From positions 5,259,069 through 5,322,112 of the forward strand of contig NC_057751.1 of the NCBI RefSeq assembly GCF_004010195.1: a DNA stretch of 63,044 bases, given 5' to 3'. The notes under the pieces were generated by a model. The model saw only the letters and a list, made by a program, of their open reading frames with translations, did not search any database and was not told where the DNA came from. The position numbers and the translations under genes are program-made. Within the stretch, counting starts at the first letter, position 1; each line of letters opens with the position of its first letter. Source of the stretch: Chiloscyllium plagiosum (Eukaryota). Below, piece by piece: positions 23,731 through 36,292 of the stretch.

Positions 23731-25539
23731 CCTTTTTCACTGACATCTCCCATATTTGGCATCATTTTCACTTTCACTGTGTATACCTGTATAGGTTCAT
23801 CCATTTTCTGCTCAGGGCAAATCTCAAGGTGTTTCTAAGTCATGTCATGACAGTAACTGTGCACCTCTGCCTTCAGCAGCGTGAATTCTGACCCTCCAGC
23901 ACACAGTCTGTCTCTTTCACACATTCCCTGAGGTCACTGTTCCATTGTAGCATATTTCAGAAAAACCATAAAACTCTTTCTTTGCACTAACAGCTTTAGT
24001 TTTTCTGGTGAACTCAGATGGGTTAAAACGTCAGCCTTTGGCCATGTTCCCTTTCCAAAATGACTAGTTTTCAACTCTCAACCTGTCTGCACTTGACCAC
24101 ACAAGAACAGAGTCACTGGCTGGGCCTGAGATAGTTATGACTGTGAAACCACTCAGAGAGGAGCCATTTCTGCTAATTACTGCTGTGGGTTGTGGCTATC
24201 AGATAGCTACCACTTTATGAAGTGAAGCTTTGCAATCACAGTATTTTCACTGATGGAAAGGTGGAGCCCTGAGGATCCTGATTCTAGATTTAAGAACCAA
24301 GCTTTGACCACAACAACAGTTAGTCCTCACTTCATGGGAGTTTGAAGCTCATGGGAGTCTCTACCCTAACTCTCCCCTTCCTATCTAAAAGGTTACTTTG
24401 CAAACACTTCTTCACAAATCCAAAGTTCTGTTTGTCCCACTCTCTTCCGAGATTCCTCCAGCTCCCCTATGCTTTTTGCAAACGTTTCTGACAACCTCTC
24501 TCTGCAGCCAGACCTTTGCTGATTTGCCTGTAGGTTCTTGTGTCTGTGGGTCACCTCACATCTCCCTGTTCAGGTCCATTGGCGACACACCTCGCACAGT
24601 TTTCTGAAGGTGGGACATCACCAATATTTGGTCAGAAATACTGCACACCACCTTTCCACCTAGATTTCGGTCACTTTGGTTTCTCCCACCCGCCAGTGGT
24701 GCAATTCCCTTTCTCAGTGTGGTTGTAAAAAGCAGGCACTTATAAAATGAAAAAGGAAGGAAGGTGAGAAAGTTGCTGTTCTTTTCTTCCCCTGGTCTGA
24801 TGTTCATGTGTGGAATTACAACACTGCAATCTCATTATTTCAACTGAGGGATCAGTGCAAAATCTGATACTGCTGGGAAAGTGACTAAGAGCTTTAACAG
24901 CCTGCACTGCTCAGGTCTTTAATGGCATGTGCTTTCTGGTGAAAGTGCACTGGTGTGCTGCATTAGTCAGGCTGTGTATAATGTTCACGGTGCTTCATCT
25001 GATTTTACTGGAGGGAGGTGAAAGGCTGTGATACAGTCTCCGCTCCCTCTGCTGGGTAAGGTGGCTGGGCTCAAAGGTAGACTCCCCACCCCTCCATCCC
25101 CTTCCCCGTGGAGGCCACTGTTTGAAGGACGGATGGAGGGGCAGTGAAATGTCCCTCCTTGTGACAGAAGCTAATGGTCAGAGTGCGTCATCTGGACTGT
25201 CGGGGTCACACAGGACTGGGACCCAAGGGAGGAAGGTTCAAATGGAGTCTCTGTCAGGAGTTAGTCACTTGGCATGATTGTGGGTTTCAGTTCCCATCTG
25301 GTAAATACTCCCACCACCTGGTTACTATATTAATCTAGCCTTCCCGAACTGGCATTGTGAACTGACTTTGACTTTGTGCTCCCATTCTCAACACTGTGGA
25401 TTCAGTTCTGCTTGGTGGGATGAGATGATGTACAAATGTTGGAAGATGGTGAAATGTTCTGCTCTGGTGAAAACTGATTGACGTTGGTCTGAGGAATTGT
25501 TGAACACCTTGCTTTGAGATTGCAATTCCAAGCCCTACA

Positions 25540-26345
25540 AATACACAGTCCACAAAGTAAAATGTGGGTAAGTGTGAGGTGATGCACCTTGGCAATACAA
25601 AACCAGGCAGGCAGATTATTCCCTGAATGGTGAAACATTGGGAAAGGGCTGGTGCACAGAAACTTGGATGTCTCTATGCACCAGTTACTGAAGGTAACCG
25701 TGCAGCAGCCAGTGAAGAAGCTAAATGATAAGGTGACCTTCATAGTGAGAGGATTCAAGTTCAGGAGCATGGAAGCCTTGCTGCAATTGGACAGGACATG
25801 GGTGAGACCACAGCAGGAGTGTTGTGTGCAGTTTTGGTCTCCTTACCTGAGGGAGCATGTATGGTAATGTCAGTGAAGGTTTACCAGACTGAGTCCTGGA
25901 TCAGTTAGGACCATACTCACTGGTGTTGAGGAGAATGGGGGGGGATGTCTCATACACAACAACCGATAAAATACTAACATCCTGTTACAGCATAAACATA
26001 GAATGGATGTCCCTGCTGAGCGGGGTGGGGGTGTGGGGGCTGGGGGCGGGAGGTGTCCAGACCCAGGGCTCACAGTCTGAGGACACAGGGTAGGACTGAG
26101 CTGTGGAGAAATGTCTTAACCCAGAGAGTGGGGAGCCTGTGGGATTCACTGTCACTGAAAGAGTTTGAGGCTGAAACATTGAATGTTATCAAGAAGGAGT
26201 TAGACCAAGTTCTTGGAGCTAAAGGAGTTGAAGGGTATGGGGAGAAAGTGGGAACGGGAGCCTGAGTTGGATGTATTAGCCACATTCACAGAGAATAGCA
26301 GAGCAAGTTCAGATGGCCAAATGGTCAACTCCTGCTCCTATTTTC
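25540..26345 (+). mobile_element. CR1 LINE 3' fragment, decayed
   Basis: KCEVMHLG..LLQLDRTWVRPQQECCVQFWSPYLR..RNVLTQRVGSLWDSL. Confidence 0.75.
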
Positions 26346-26359
26346 AGTATTTCTGAATT

Positions 26360-27110
26360 GAATTGGAGTTGAATTTATTGTCACATGTACTGAGGCACAG
26401 TGAAAAGCTTTGTCTTGCGAGCAATACAGGCAGATCACAGAGTTAAGTAGCATAGGTAAGTTAATATTAGGTAAACAGCAGCAAACACAAAAACACAGGT
26501 ACAGGTGAGTGTTGAGAGTTTGTGAGTCCATTCAGCATTCTAACAACAGTATGGTAGAAACGGTTACAAAACCAGCTGGTGCTTCTGTACCTTCTCCCCG
26601 ATGGTAGAGGTTGGAGAAAAACATTGCCAAGGTGGGATGGATCTTTGAGAATGCTGGCGGCCTTTCCTTGACAGCGAGCCTGGTAGATGGATTCTATAGA
26701 TGGGAGGTTGGCCTTTGTGATTGTCCGGGCTGAGTTCACCACTCTCTGCAATGTTCTCTGATCTTAAATTGTACAGTTGCCATACCAGATAGTAATACAT
26801 TCAGACAGAATGCTCTATATGGCGCACCTATAAAAGTTGGCAAGGGTATTCGCCATCATGCCAAATTTCCCCAGCTGCCTGAGGAAGAAGAGACATTGTT
26901 GGGCCTTTGTAACCAGTGCGTCCATATGAAGAGTCCAAGAAAGCTTGTTATGGATGCTCCCAGGAGTTTGACACTCTCCAGTCTTTCCACCTCTGTGCTG
27001 TTAATGTGTAGTGGGGGGATGAGTAACATCCCGCTGAAAGTCAATAATGCGTTCCTTGGTTTTGTTGGCATTGAGAGTTAGGTTGTTCTCAGTGCACCAC
27101 TTTTCCAGGT
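26360..27110 (-). mobile_element. Rex1/Babar-like LINE 3' fragment
   Basis: LQRVVNSARTITKANLPSIESIYQARCQGKAASILKDPSHLGNVFLQPLPSGRRYRS. Confidence 0.85.
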
Positions 27111-28684
27111 CTTCCGTGCCCGAATGGCGAATTTAGGTCCTTATTTAGCCATCAACTGTGACTCCAGCCGTCAGAGAACTGCACGGTTCTGAGTTTCAAA
27201 GTTCTCATCCAGGACTTGAGCCCCATTAATCCATGCAGTACGGAGGCAGTGCTATGAAACAGTTTGGGATGTTGCAAAATGAAGCTCACTGTTTAACAAA
27301 GGAAAGACAGGAGTTGAAAATGACAACAATGTACCTGTGGGCCTGATGTGAGTGGCAGGGAAAGCCCCAGAATCTGTTATAAATGGGGCACCTAATGGGC
27401 ATGGGGAAAAGAGATGTCCGCTTTTGGACAGAGTTAACGTGAATGAATGAAGGGGAAATCATGTTTGACAGAGTGGACAAGGAGGGTCCAGTCGTGTATT
27501 TGTATTTTCAGAATGCTTTTGACAGCAATTAACACAGGCAGGCAGCAGCAAAGTTTAAGTGTGTGGGATTTTGGAAGAATATACCCCCTGTTGGAGTATG
27601 GTGGACAGGCCCCTGGTAGGATATGCTAGCCTTGGAGGGAGTCCAAGCTGTACTTCAGGGAATAAGATTCTACAAACTAGCCCTGTTTCCTCCGGAATTG
27701 AGAAAGTTAAGGGCGATCTGAACAAGCTGTACAAGATATTAACAGGACAAGACAGGGGAGAGGAAGATCAACCGTTCCCGCTGGTCGGAGATTCTAGAAC
27801 CAGAGGGTATGTTCCTCGGGAGAGAAAGAATCCAATTTCTCAGCAGCCTCGAGACCCTAGTGGCGAGCAGCTGCCATCTCGTCAGCTCTTCTCGTTGACT
27901 GGTGGGACAGGCTGGAGGGGCTGAATGGTCTCCTCCTGTTCCTGTGTTCCTCAGTGGACCATGTCTCCACAAGGAGTGTTGGTGTGTGAGTGTGCGACAG
28001 TGTGTGTTGACAGGAATGTCCACTTCATGGGAGTTACCTGTGTGGAGACACCTACAAGATGCATTGCGCAGGGAAATGACTTCATGATGATTTTTGGTAT
28101 TTACTGTGGGAGTTGACAGTGTGGATGGTTGGGTGGGGGGGGGGGGAGCCTGAATGGCTCCTTCTTATTTCCCGGTCATGGGGGTCCTGTTGTGAATAAA
28201 ACATTACTGGCAGTCACGGGGGGTGGTGGTGGGGTGAAGTTTTAACGTCCCTTTTAGGGAAGGAAGTCTGGCCTACATGTGACTCCAGACCACCCCAATG
28301 TGGTGGACTCCCACTGCCCTTTGGGACAGAAGGGATGGATCATAAACGCTGACCCAGCCAGTGGGAACAAATTAAAACGAAGGAGAGCAGTCTCCAGTCC
28401 CAGGCCAGAGGTTTGTTACTGCAGCTGCATCACCGAGGGAGTCCTGCCCCTCTCCGGTTCAGGACGGGTGAGGAAGATCCCACAGCACAATCCGACAAGG
28501 AGCAGTGGTCAATATTGATCCCCTGGTCACTGGTCCATATGTGGGTTGTGGGATGGTGCTGTGTAACTCAGTGACACTGGCTGGCTGCCATTTCTGTGAT
28601 TTTGGCTGGTTTGGAACACAGAGTGATACCAACAACATGGGTTCCAGTCCCATACTGGCCACGGTTAGCTTCCGTGAGCTCAGT

Positions 28685-28955
28685 GCGGCGCGGTGACTCA
28701 GTGGTTAGCACTGCTGACTCCCAGCGCCAGGGACCCAGCTTTGATTCCAGCCTCGGGTAACTGACTGTGTGGAGTTTGCACATTCTCCCCGTGTCTGCGT
28801 GGGCTTCCTCCCACAGTCCAAGGATGTGCATGTTCGGTGAATTGGCCATGATAAATTACCCACAGTGTTCAGGGATGTGTATGTTAGGTGCATTATTCTG
28901 GGGTAAATGTAGAGTAGTAGGGGAATGGGTCTGGGTGGGATTCTCTTCACAGCGT
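28685..28955 (+). mobile_element. HE1-like SINE nested in an older SINE
   Basis: tRNA head and V-core. Confidence 0.8.
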
Positions 28956-28967
28956 TAATGGGGACTT

Positions 28968-29455
28968 ACAGTCATAGAGATGTACAGCATAGAAACAGAC
29001 CCTTCGGTCCAACCCGTCCATGCCAACCAGATATCCCAACCCAATCTAGTCCCACCTGCCAGCACCTGGCCCATATCCCTCCAAACCCTTCCTATTCATA
29101 TCCCCATCCAAATGCCTCTTAAATGGTGCAATTGTACTAGTGTCCACCACTTCCTCTGGCAGCTCATTCCATACACCCTCTGTGTGAAAAAGTTGCTCCT
29201 TAGGTCTGTTTTATATCTTTTCCCTCTCACCCTAAATCTATGCCCTCTAGTTCTGGACTCCCCGGCCCCAGGGAAAAGACTTTGTCTATTTATCCTATCC
29301 ATGCCCCTCATGATTTTGTAAACCTCTATAAGGCCACCCCTCAGCCTCCGACACTCCAGGGAAAACAGCCCCAGCCTGTTCAGCCTCTCCCTATAGCTCA
29401 AATCCAATGTCCTGTACAGCTGCAACATGACCTCCCAATTTCTGTACTCAATAAG
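28968..29455 (-). mobile_element. CR1 LINE 3' end
   Basis: Reverse complement nearly identical to 22088-22645 (LSYRERLNRLGLFSLECRRLRGGLIEVYKIMRGMDR). Confidence 0.9.
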
Positions 29456-29894
29456 ACTTGTTGGGCCAAAGGGCCTGATTCTCTCCTCTTGCTGGAGTTA
29501 GAGTGACCCTCAAGTTAAATTCCCCACCACCATCCTCTCTCTCGCTCTCTCTCTCTCTGAGTATGTGATGAGAGGGTATCCCCATGGCCTAGTCAGATTA
29601 AAGCGACTGTATAGGCTCTCAGCTTTAAGATGTAGTCTGTCAGGCGGTCTCCTGTCTAACACAGGATGACGATTAGTGGATGTGGACTTGCAAAATTAAA
29701 GGGAAAACTTGATGGATGAACTAAGAGAGAAGCACACTGTGGAATGACATCAAAGAGGCAGGAGAAAATCTGGCAAGCATTCCCGAGTGAAAGCTGAGCT
29801 GGCTGAAAATACGGGTCTTCTTTTCCAATCTAGGAAGGGCTGCAACCGGGAGGGGGAATGGACTCTTTCCATTTTACGTGAAGAAAATCTCCTG

Positions 29895-30256
29895 ACACAC
29901 ACACACACACTCTCACACACCGCCCGCTCACACACCGCCCGCTCACACACACACACACACACACTCACACACACACACACACTCACTCACACACACACAC
30001 TCANNNNNNNNNNNNNNNNNNNNNNNNNNNNNNNNNNNNNNNNNNNNNNNNNNNNNNNNNNNNNNNNNNNNNNNNNNNNNNNNNNNNNNNNNNNNNNNNN
30101 NNNNNNNNNNNNNNNNNNNNNNNNNNNNNNNNNNNNNNNNNNNNNNNNNNNNNNNNNNNNNNNNNNNNNNNNNNNNNNNNNNCACACACACACACACACA
30201 CACACACCGCCCGCTCACACACACACCGCCCGCTCACACACACACACACACACACT
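29895..30256. repeat. (CA)n microsatellite with ccgcccgct interruptions spanning an assembly gap
   Basis: Seen directly on both sides of the N run. Confidence 0.9.
30004..30182. other. Assembly gap (179 N)
   Basis: Run of N. Confidence 1.
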
Positions 30257-30419
30257 TTGGAGAATGGGGAGGACACCTGATATTTATCTTTGGAAATTTC
30301 ATCTCATTAGCTCAATGCACCGGTTCACTGTGGCTTTCTGTGTACCATGAGTGACATACCCCCCTGGAGAAGCCAGTATCACATCTGCAAGGTCCCCTTT
30401 ATTTACACTTGGGGAGTCT

Positions 30420-31242
30420 TTGACATAGACAGGATGCAGAGCTGGCCTGAGAAATGGCAGATGAAGTTCAACCTGGATAAATGCAAAGTGATGCATTTCG
30501 GAAGGTCAAACTCGAATGCTGAATATAGGATTAAAGACAGGATTCTTGGCAGTGTGGAGGAATAGAGGGATCTGGCTGTGCAAGTACATAGATCCCTCAA
30601 AGTTGCCACCCAAGTGGATAGGGTTGTTAAGAAGGCATATGGTGTTTTTGGCTTTCAGCAATAGGGGGATCAAGTTTAAGAGCCGCAAGGTTTTGCTGCA
30701 GCTCTACAAGACCCTGGTGAGACCAGACTTGGAATATTGTGTCCAGTTCTGGTCACCTTACTACAGGAAAGATACAAAGGCTTTGGAGAGGGTGCAAAGA
30801 AGGTTTACCAGGATGCTGCCTTACGAAGAAAGGTTGAATAAGCTCGGATTTTTCTCTCTGGAGAGAATGAGGAAGAGAGGAGACCTGATCGAGGTGTACA
30901 AAATAATGAGAGTCAATAGCCAGAGACTTTTCCCCAGGGCAGGATTGACTGGTACAAGGAGTCATAGTTTGAAGATATTAGGAGGAAGGTATAAAGGAGA
31001 CGTCAGAGGTAGGTTTTTTACACAGAGAGTTGTGAATGTATGGAATGCGTTGCCAGCTGTGGTGGTGGAAGCAGAGTCATTGGGGACATTTAAGCGACTG
31101 CTGAACATGCACGTAGACAGCAATGAATTGAGGGGTGCGTAGGTTAAATTCCTATATTTTACATTAGGATTAAACCTCAGCACAACATTGTGGGCCAAAG
31201 GGCCTGTCCTGTGCTGTACTTTTCTATGTTCTATGTTCTATG
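30420..31242 (+). mobile_element. CR1 LINE 3' end (second subfamily)
   Basis: WQMKFNLDKCKVMHFG..LQLYKTLVRPDLEYCVQFWSPYYRKD..RFFTQRVVNVWNALP; (ttctatg)3 tail. Confidence 0.92.
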
Positions 31243-32514
31243 ACCTAACTCCCTCAGAGCCAGCTCTCAGAGTGAGCAGAACCCCCCGACCCTCTGTTCA
31301 TATCTGTCAGCCAGGGCTCCCTGATTGGACCAGGTTAACAGCCCCATGTTGGGGAACTCCGATTCTCTGTGGTCTCACTGGCTGACCCCATGATAATCCT
31401 TACCAGGAACAGGAACTGGTGCGGTTAAACACTTTCACAAGGCTTGACACGTCAGTAACCCATGGAGTTACAATGAATTGTAGATGGGAACAGCGTAAGA
31501 AATGCTCTCTGTTCACCCAAGAGAACACTAGAGAGGCCTAACAGGAGGAAGGGGGTGTCTGTCAAACAGGAAACGGTGTTTCCTGTCGCTGGAACCAGGA
31601 GACGTCATGAACTAGAGCAGGTAGCATAGAAAGCAGCTGCAGAGAGGAAAGACAAACTGGGGACAGAGGAACTAAAGGACAACAGCTATGATGAAGCACA
31701 GGGGAAGGGACATAAAGAGGCAACAAAACAAAATGGTCCAAGGGAAATGGGAGATGTTCACAGAACAGACTGCAGTCAGAGGAAAGGCCCTTCGACCCAT
31801 CGAGTCTGTGCCAACCAGAAACCATCAGCTCAGTATTCGAATCCCATTTTCCAGCACTTGGCCCATCAATGTCTGAGAAATGGAAAGGTGCAGCCAGAAG
31901 ATACGGCAAGACCGGTTCAGAGAGCTGGGCCATCCGGAAAATGGGAGTGGCGTTCCTGGTCTGAAATTGGGTAAAACCGTGTGGTTCCCGAAGGGTTTAT
32001 TAGAGCACCGTGGGACAGAGGGGAAGCCCAAACGAAGGTAGCTATCACTGAGGCTGTGGATCTGTCAGAATGGTGCAGGCTGTGTGCTCCATCGGTCGGT
32101 CAGTCCCTGTGGAGATGGACAGACAGACAGATACTGAGTTCATGGAGGGAGCCTAGGGGAGAACGCTCATTCACCCATCCAGTGGGTGAGAGTGAGGGTG
32201 AGGACAGGCAGGAACAGGCCCTCGCTGGGAACCCACTGCCCCGGGTATTTGTTCAAAAACAACTGAAGGAAGCAAGATGTTTGCAGTCCCTCACATCTCT
32301 GCGGCTCTGAACTGACCACAATCCACTTCACAGAGCGTCTGTGCCTTCAAAGCGTGAGTGAAGCTAATTTTCATGTGTGTTCTCAGTGGTCATGTAGAGG
32401 ACTGAATGCATGCTGTGCAGTGACACAAGAGGAACAGCTTTAGGCCATTGCGCTCTTGGTGTCTGCTTTATGATTCACTGATCTGATCGAGGCTTAGAGA
32501 TGGTACAGGGTAAC

Positions 32515-32800
32515 GACCTTAACTATTTATCCTGTCCATGCCTCTCATGATTTTGTAAACCTCTATAAGGTCACCCCTCAGCCTCCGACACTCCAGGGAA
32601 AACAGCCCCATTCTCCAACCCTGCCAACATCCTTGTAAATCTTTTCTGAGCCCTTTCAAGTTTCACAACATCTTTCTGATAGGAAGGAGACCAGAATTGC
32701 ACACAATATTCCAAAAGTGGCCTAACCAACGTCCTGCACAGCCGCAACATGACCTCCCAACTCCTGTACTCAATACTCTGACCAATAAAGGAAAGCATCC
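32515..32800 (-). mobile_element. CR1 LINE fragment
   Basis: MLSFIGQSIEYRSWEVMLRLCRTLVRPLLEYCVQFWSPSY. Confidence 0.85.
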
Positions 32801-33117
32801 TATCTCTCTACCTCAACTTCATTTTCCTGCTTTTCCCCCATAACTCTTGATTCTGTCTTGGATTGAAAGATTCCGCAGACTCATTCCCTTATGAGAGTAG
32901 AAATTCCTCCTTGTCTCGGTCTTCAGAGGGAGACCCCTGAATGTGAGATTCCACGCTCTGACCCCAGACTGTCACAAAAAGGGAAGCAACAATTCCACAT
33001 TGAGCCTGCCAAGTCCCATCAGTATCTTGTATGTTGTAGCTGGCTTGTGTCTGCTTCCTCTGAAATTCCCTCTGAAAGCAGTGCACTCCATTTCTGTTTG
33101 GAATTGGGCAACAGCAG

Positions 33118-33266
33118 GTGTGTGTGTGTCTGTGTGTGTGTACGTGTGTACATGTGTGTGTGTGTACGTGTGTGTGTGTACGTGTGTGTACATATGTGTG
33201 TGTGTGTACGTGTGTGTGTGTACGTGTGTGTGTGTACGTGTGTGTGTGTGTGTGTGTGTACGTGTG
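33118..33266. repeat. (TG)n microsatellite with TACG interruptions
   Basis: Seen directly. Confidence 0.95.
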
Positions 33267-34216
33267 GTCACCATCCATCAATAGAGGTAATGGGAATCGG
33301 GCACTCGATCAGGGCAGCAGCAATGTCACTCCTTCCTAGATTGGTCATCTATCCAACCATCCATCCATCCTTGGGATCTTCCTATTCCACATGTCTGGTT
33401 CAGGTCCAGGGATGTGTCTGGCTGACACAGCAATCCTTTACCACTCCTCTTTACCCCGCACACGCGAATGGTGAACTGCCTTTTTGAACCACCGTTCCCC
33501 ACGTGGTGTATGGATACCCAGGGCCGGCCTGGCACATGGGCTCAAGCTGATGTTTAAATCATGGGGATCAGTGTGTCATTTCCTGTGGACACAGCGGCCT
33601 CCTCCTGCTATTTGCACTGTCAGAAACACACTTGGCTTTTGACTCAATCCAACCAATTTGTCTTTCTCTCTGATCCAAGTCCCACCTTCTCTCCTTCTTC
33701 CCTGGCACCACCTCATACTTGTGTTCTCTGCAGAATAAGCTGGGGCCTTTGAAATAGGAACAGGAGTAGACCATACAGCCCATTAGTTTTACCCTGCCAT
33801 TCAAGTGGGTTAAAAAAAAGGAAGTGTTTAGATAATGCCACGCTATAACAGGTATAGCGAGGTGGCTGTTTTTGGCTGGCACAGATTGGATGGGCTGAAA
33901 GGCCCGATTCAGTGTTGCAGACCTCAATGGCTGGTCAGCTTCAATGTCAGAAGGTTCCAGAAACCCTGTCAAGTTCTGGCCTTGAACCCACTCAGTGACT
34001 GAGCTTCCATAGCACCTTCTGAGATTGAAAAGCCTCAAGATTTGTAAGCCTGTGAATAGAAAAATTCCTTCTCCCCCCAATCCCAAAAGACTTTGCATCT
34101 GATCTTGGTTTTACATTCACTTCCCCAGTCAGGGGAAGGGTCTTGTTGGAGACAGAATTCTGAGTGGATGTTACACATTGGAATTTGAATGAGATCATGC
34201 TTCAATACGGTGTGTA

Positions 34217-34367
34217 ACACACACACACACACGCGCACACACACGCGCACACCCACACACGCACACACGCGCACACACACGCGCACACCCACACACGCAC
34301 ACACGCGCACACACGCGCACACACACGCGCACACCCACACACACACACACACACGCGCGCACACACA
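34217..34367. repeat. (CA)/(CG) compound microsatellite with a 36-bp higher-order unit
   Basis: acacgcgcacacacacgcgcacacccacacacgcac repeated. Confidence 0.9.
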
Positions 34368-34413
34368 GCAGCTCCATCAATCTCACGTCATCAGACAGTT
34401 CCAGGGATAATCT

Positions 34414-34830
34414 AGGAGAAGGTGAGGACTGCAGATGCTGGAGATCTGAGCTGAAAAATGTGTTGCTGGAAAAGCGCAGCAGGTCCGGCAGCATCCAAGG
34501 AGCAGGAGAATCGACGTTTCGGGCATGAGCCCTTTCAGGAATGGGGAAAGTGTGCCAAGCGGGCTAAGATAAAAGGTAGGGAGGAGGGACTTGGGGGAGG
34601 GGTGTTGGAAATGCAATAGGTGGAAGGAGGTTAAGGTGAGGGTGATTTGGGCAGAGGAGATGACCTGGGGTGTGTAGTGAGAGAGGGACTCACTGAAATC
34701 ATTGTAGAGGGAGGAAGGCATCCTTGCAAGAGGATTCGCAGTAGGTTAAGATTCATGCCCGAAACATCGATTCTCCTGCTCCTTGGATGCTGCCTGACCT
34801 GCTGCGCTTTTCCAGCAACACATTTTCAGT
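34414..34830. mobile_element. Penelope-like element remnant with inverted terminal arms (family A)
   Basis: 34451-34527 and 34753-34829 are reverse complements of each other; the outer left part matches 56110-56234. Confidence 0.7.
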
Positions 34831-34997
34831 TCCAGGGATTAGCCTAGTGAACATTTACTACTCTCCCTCTATGTCAGCTAAATCCTTCAGGACAGACACC
34901 ATACATTCTGCACATGGACTACATGACTGCATCTTCAGTCTTCCATCTGATTCCTGATGCAAGGAAGGCAGACATTTGAATTTGCTTGTTGTCTAAA

Positions 34998-35285
34998 ATC
35001 ATACAATCCCTACAGTGTGGAAACAGGCCATTTGGCCCAACACCGACCCTCCGAAGAGGTATCCCATCCAGACCATCCTCCTATTACTCTGCATTTCCCC
35101 TGACCAATTCACCTAACCTGCACACCTTTGGACTGTGGGAGGAAACTAGAGCACCCGGAGGAAACCCATGCAGACAGGGGGAGGATGTGCAAACTCCACA
35201 CAGACAGTTACCGGAGACTGGAATCAAACCCAGGTCCCTGGCGCTGTGAGGCAGCAGTGCTAACCAATCAGCCACCGTGCCATCC
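34998..35285 (-). mobile_element. HE1-like SINE
   Basis: Reverse-complement V-core and head. Confidence 0.85.
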
Positions 35286-36029
35286 CCTTTGGGAAAACTG
35301 CACATTCGAAGCTGAGGGGCTGCTTCCTCCTCCTTCCAGGTCCAGGTCCCTGCACCAATGGGACTGAGCGGAGGTAACATCTCTCAGCTCAGAGGAGAGT
35401 GAGCTGTCAGAATCCTCTGTCCAGAGGGACTGTGGATGTTCCCGAATGAGAGTCCTATTCAACACTACAGCTTGACAGATGGTTGGACGAGGGGGTTGGT
35501 TGGGGACGGTGATGTGCAGAAAAACAGAGTGAAGACATGTGCTAACAGCTCAGGGTCTGCTGGGTTTTGCCCTGCCTTTCATCACTGTGTTGTTATTTGA
35601 CACACGGAGGTGTGTGTGTGTGCACATGTGTGTATGTGGCTTGATCTTCCTCTGTCAGTTCTGAAGGTGAAGCACTCTGTCAGACTGTGAGAAGGTTAGA
35701 CACAGGCCAGTGGCTTTTTGGAACCATTGAGGAAGTGGACATGTTGAGTCAATAACCTTGACAACATAGCTAAGGGAGCAAGCCACCAGCATCCTACCTG
35801 AAGAGACACTTTATAACTTGTGGAAAATGGTGCCAGCTATCTCATTTATACTGGGGCATGGGACAGAACACAGACTGGAGAGCCATCATTATATTGGCAC
35901 AGAGAGAAAAGCAAGGAGAGGAAGTGGTCATGTTCGCAAAGCGCACCACTTTGACCAAGTCTGAGAGCTACCGTTCATTCAACAAGAAGTAGAGACACAA
36001 CATTCCTGATAGAAGCAATCTCTGCTAAC

Positions 36030-36292
36030 TAGGGAGGACAAGGGGAGCAGATACATGGGAACACCAGCCCCTGCAAGTTCCCCTCCCAGCCCCTCACCAT
36101 CCTGACTTGGGAATATATCTCCGTTCCTTCACTGAAGGGAAATCCTGGAACTCTCTCCTGAAGGACACTGAGGGTGTACCAACAGCACATGGACTGCAGA
36201 GGTTCAAGAAGGGAGCTCAGCCCCACCTACTCAAGGGGCAATGAAGGATGGGTCATAAATGCTGGGCATCCACCTCCCATGGAAGAATAAGG
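36030..36292 (+). mobile_element. LINE 3' end (CR1-clade partner of SINE family 2)
   Basis: Homologous to 50200-50310 and 59270-59548. Confidence 0.7.

Noticed and set aside
32889..33487. Cys/Val- or His/Thr-rich ORFs (also 29787-30350 and 34035-34494)
   Set aside because: Translations of dinucleotide microsatellites or of the N gap.
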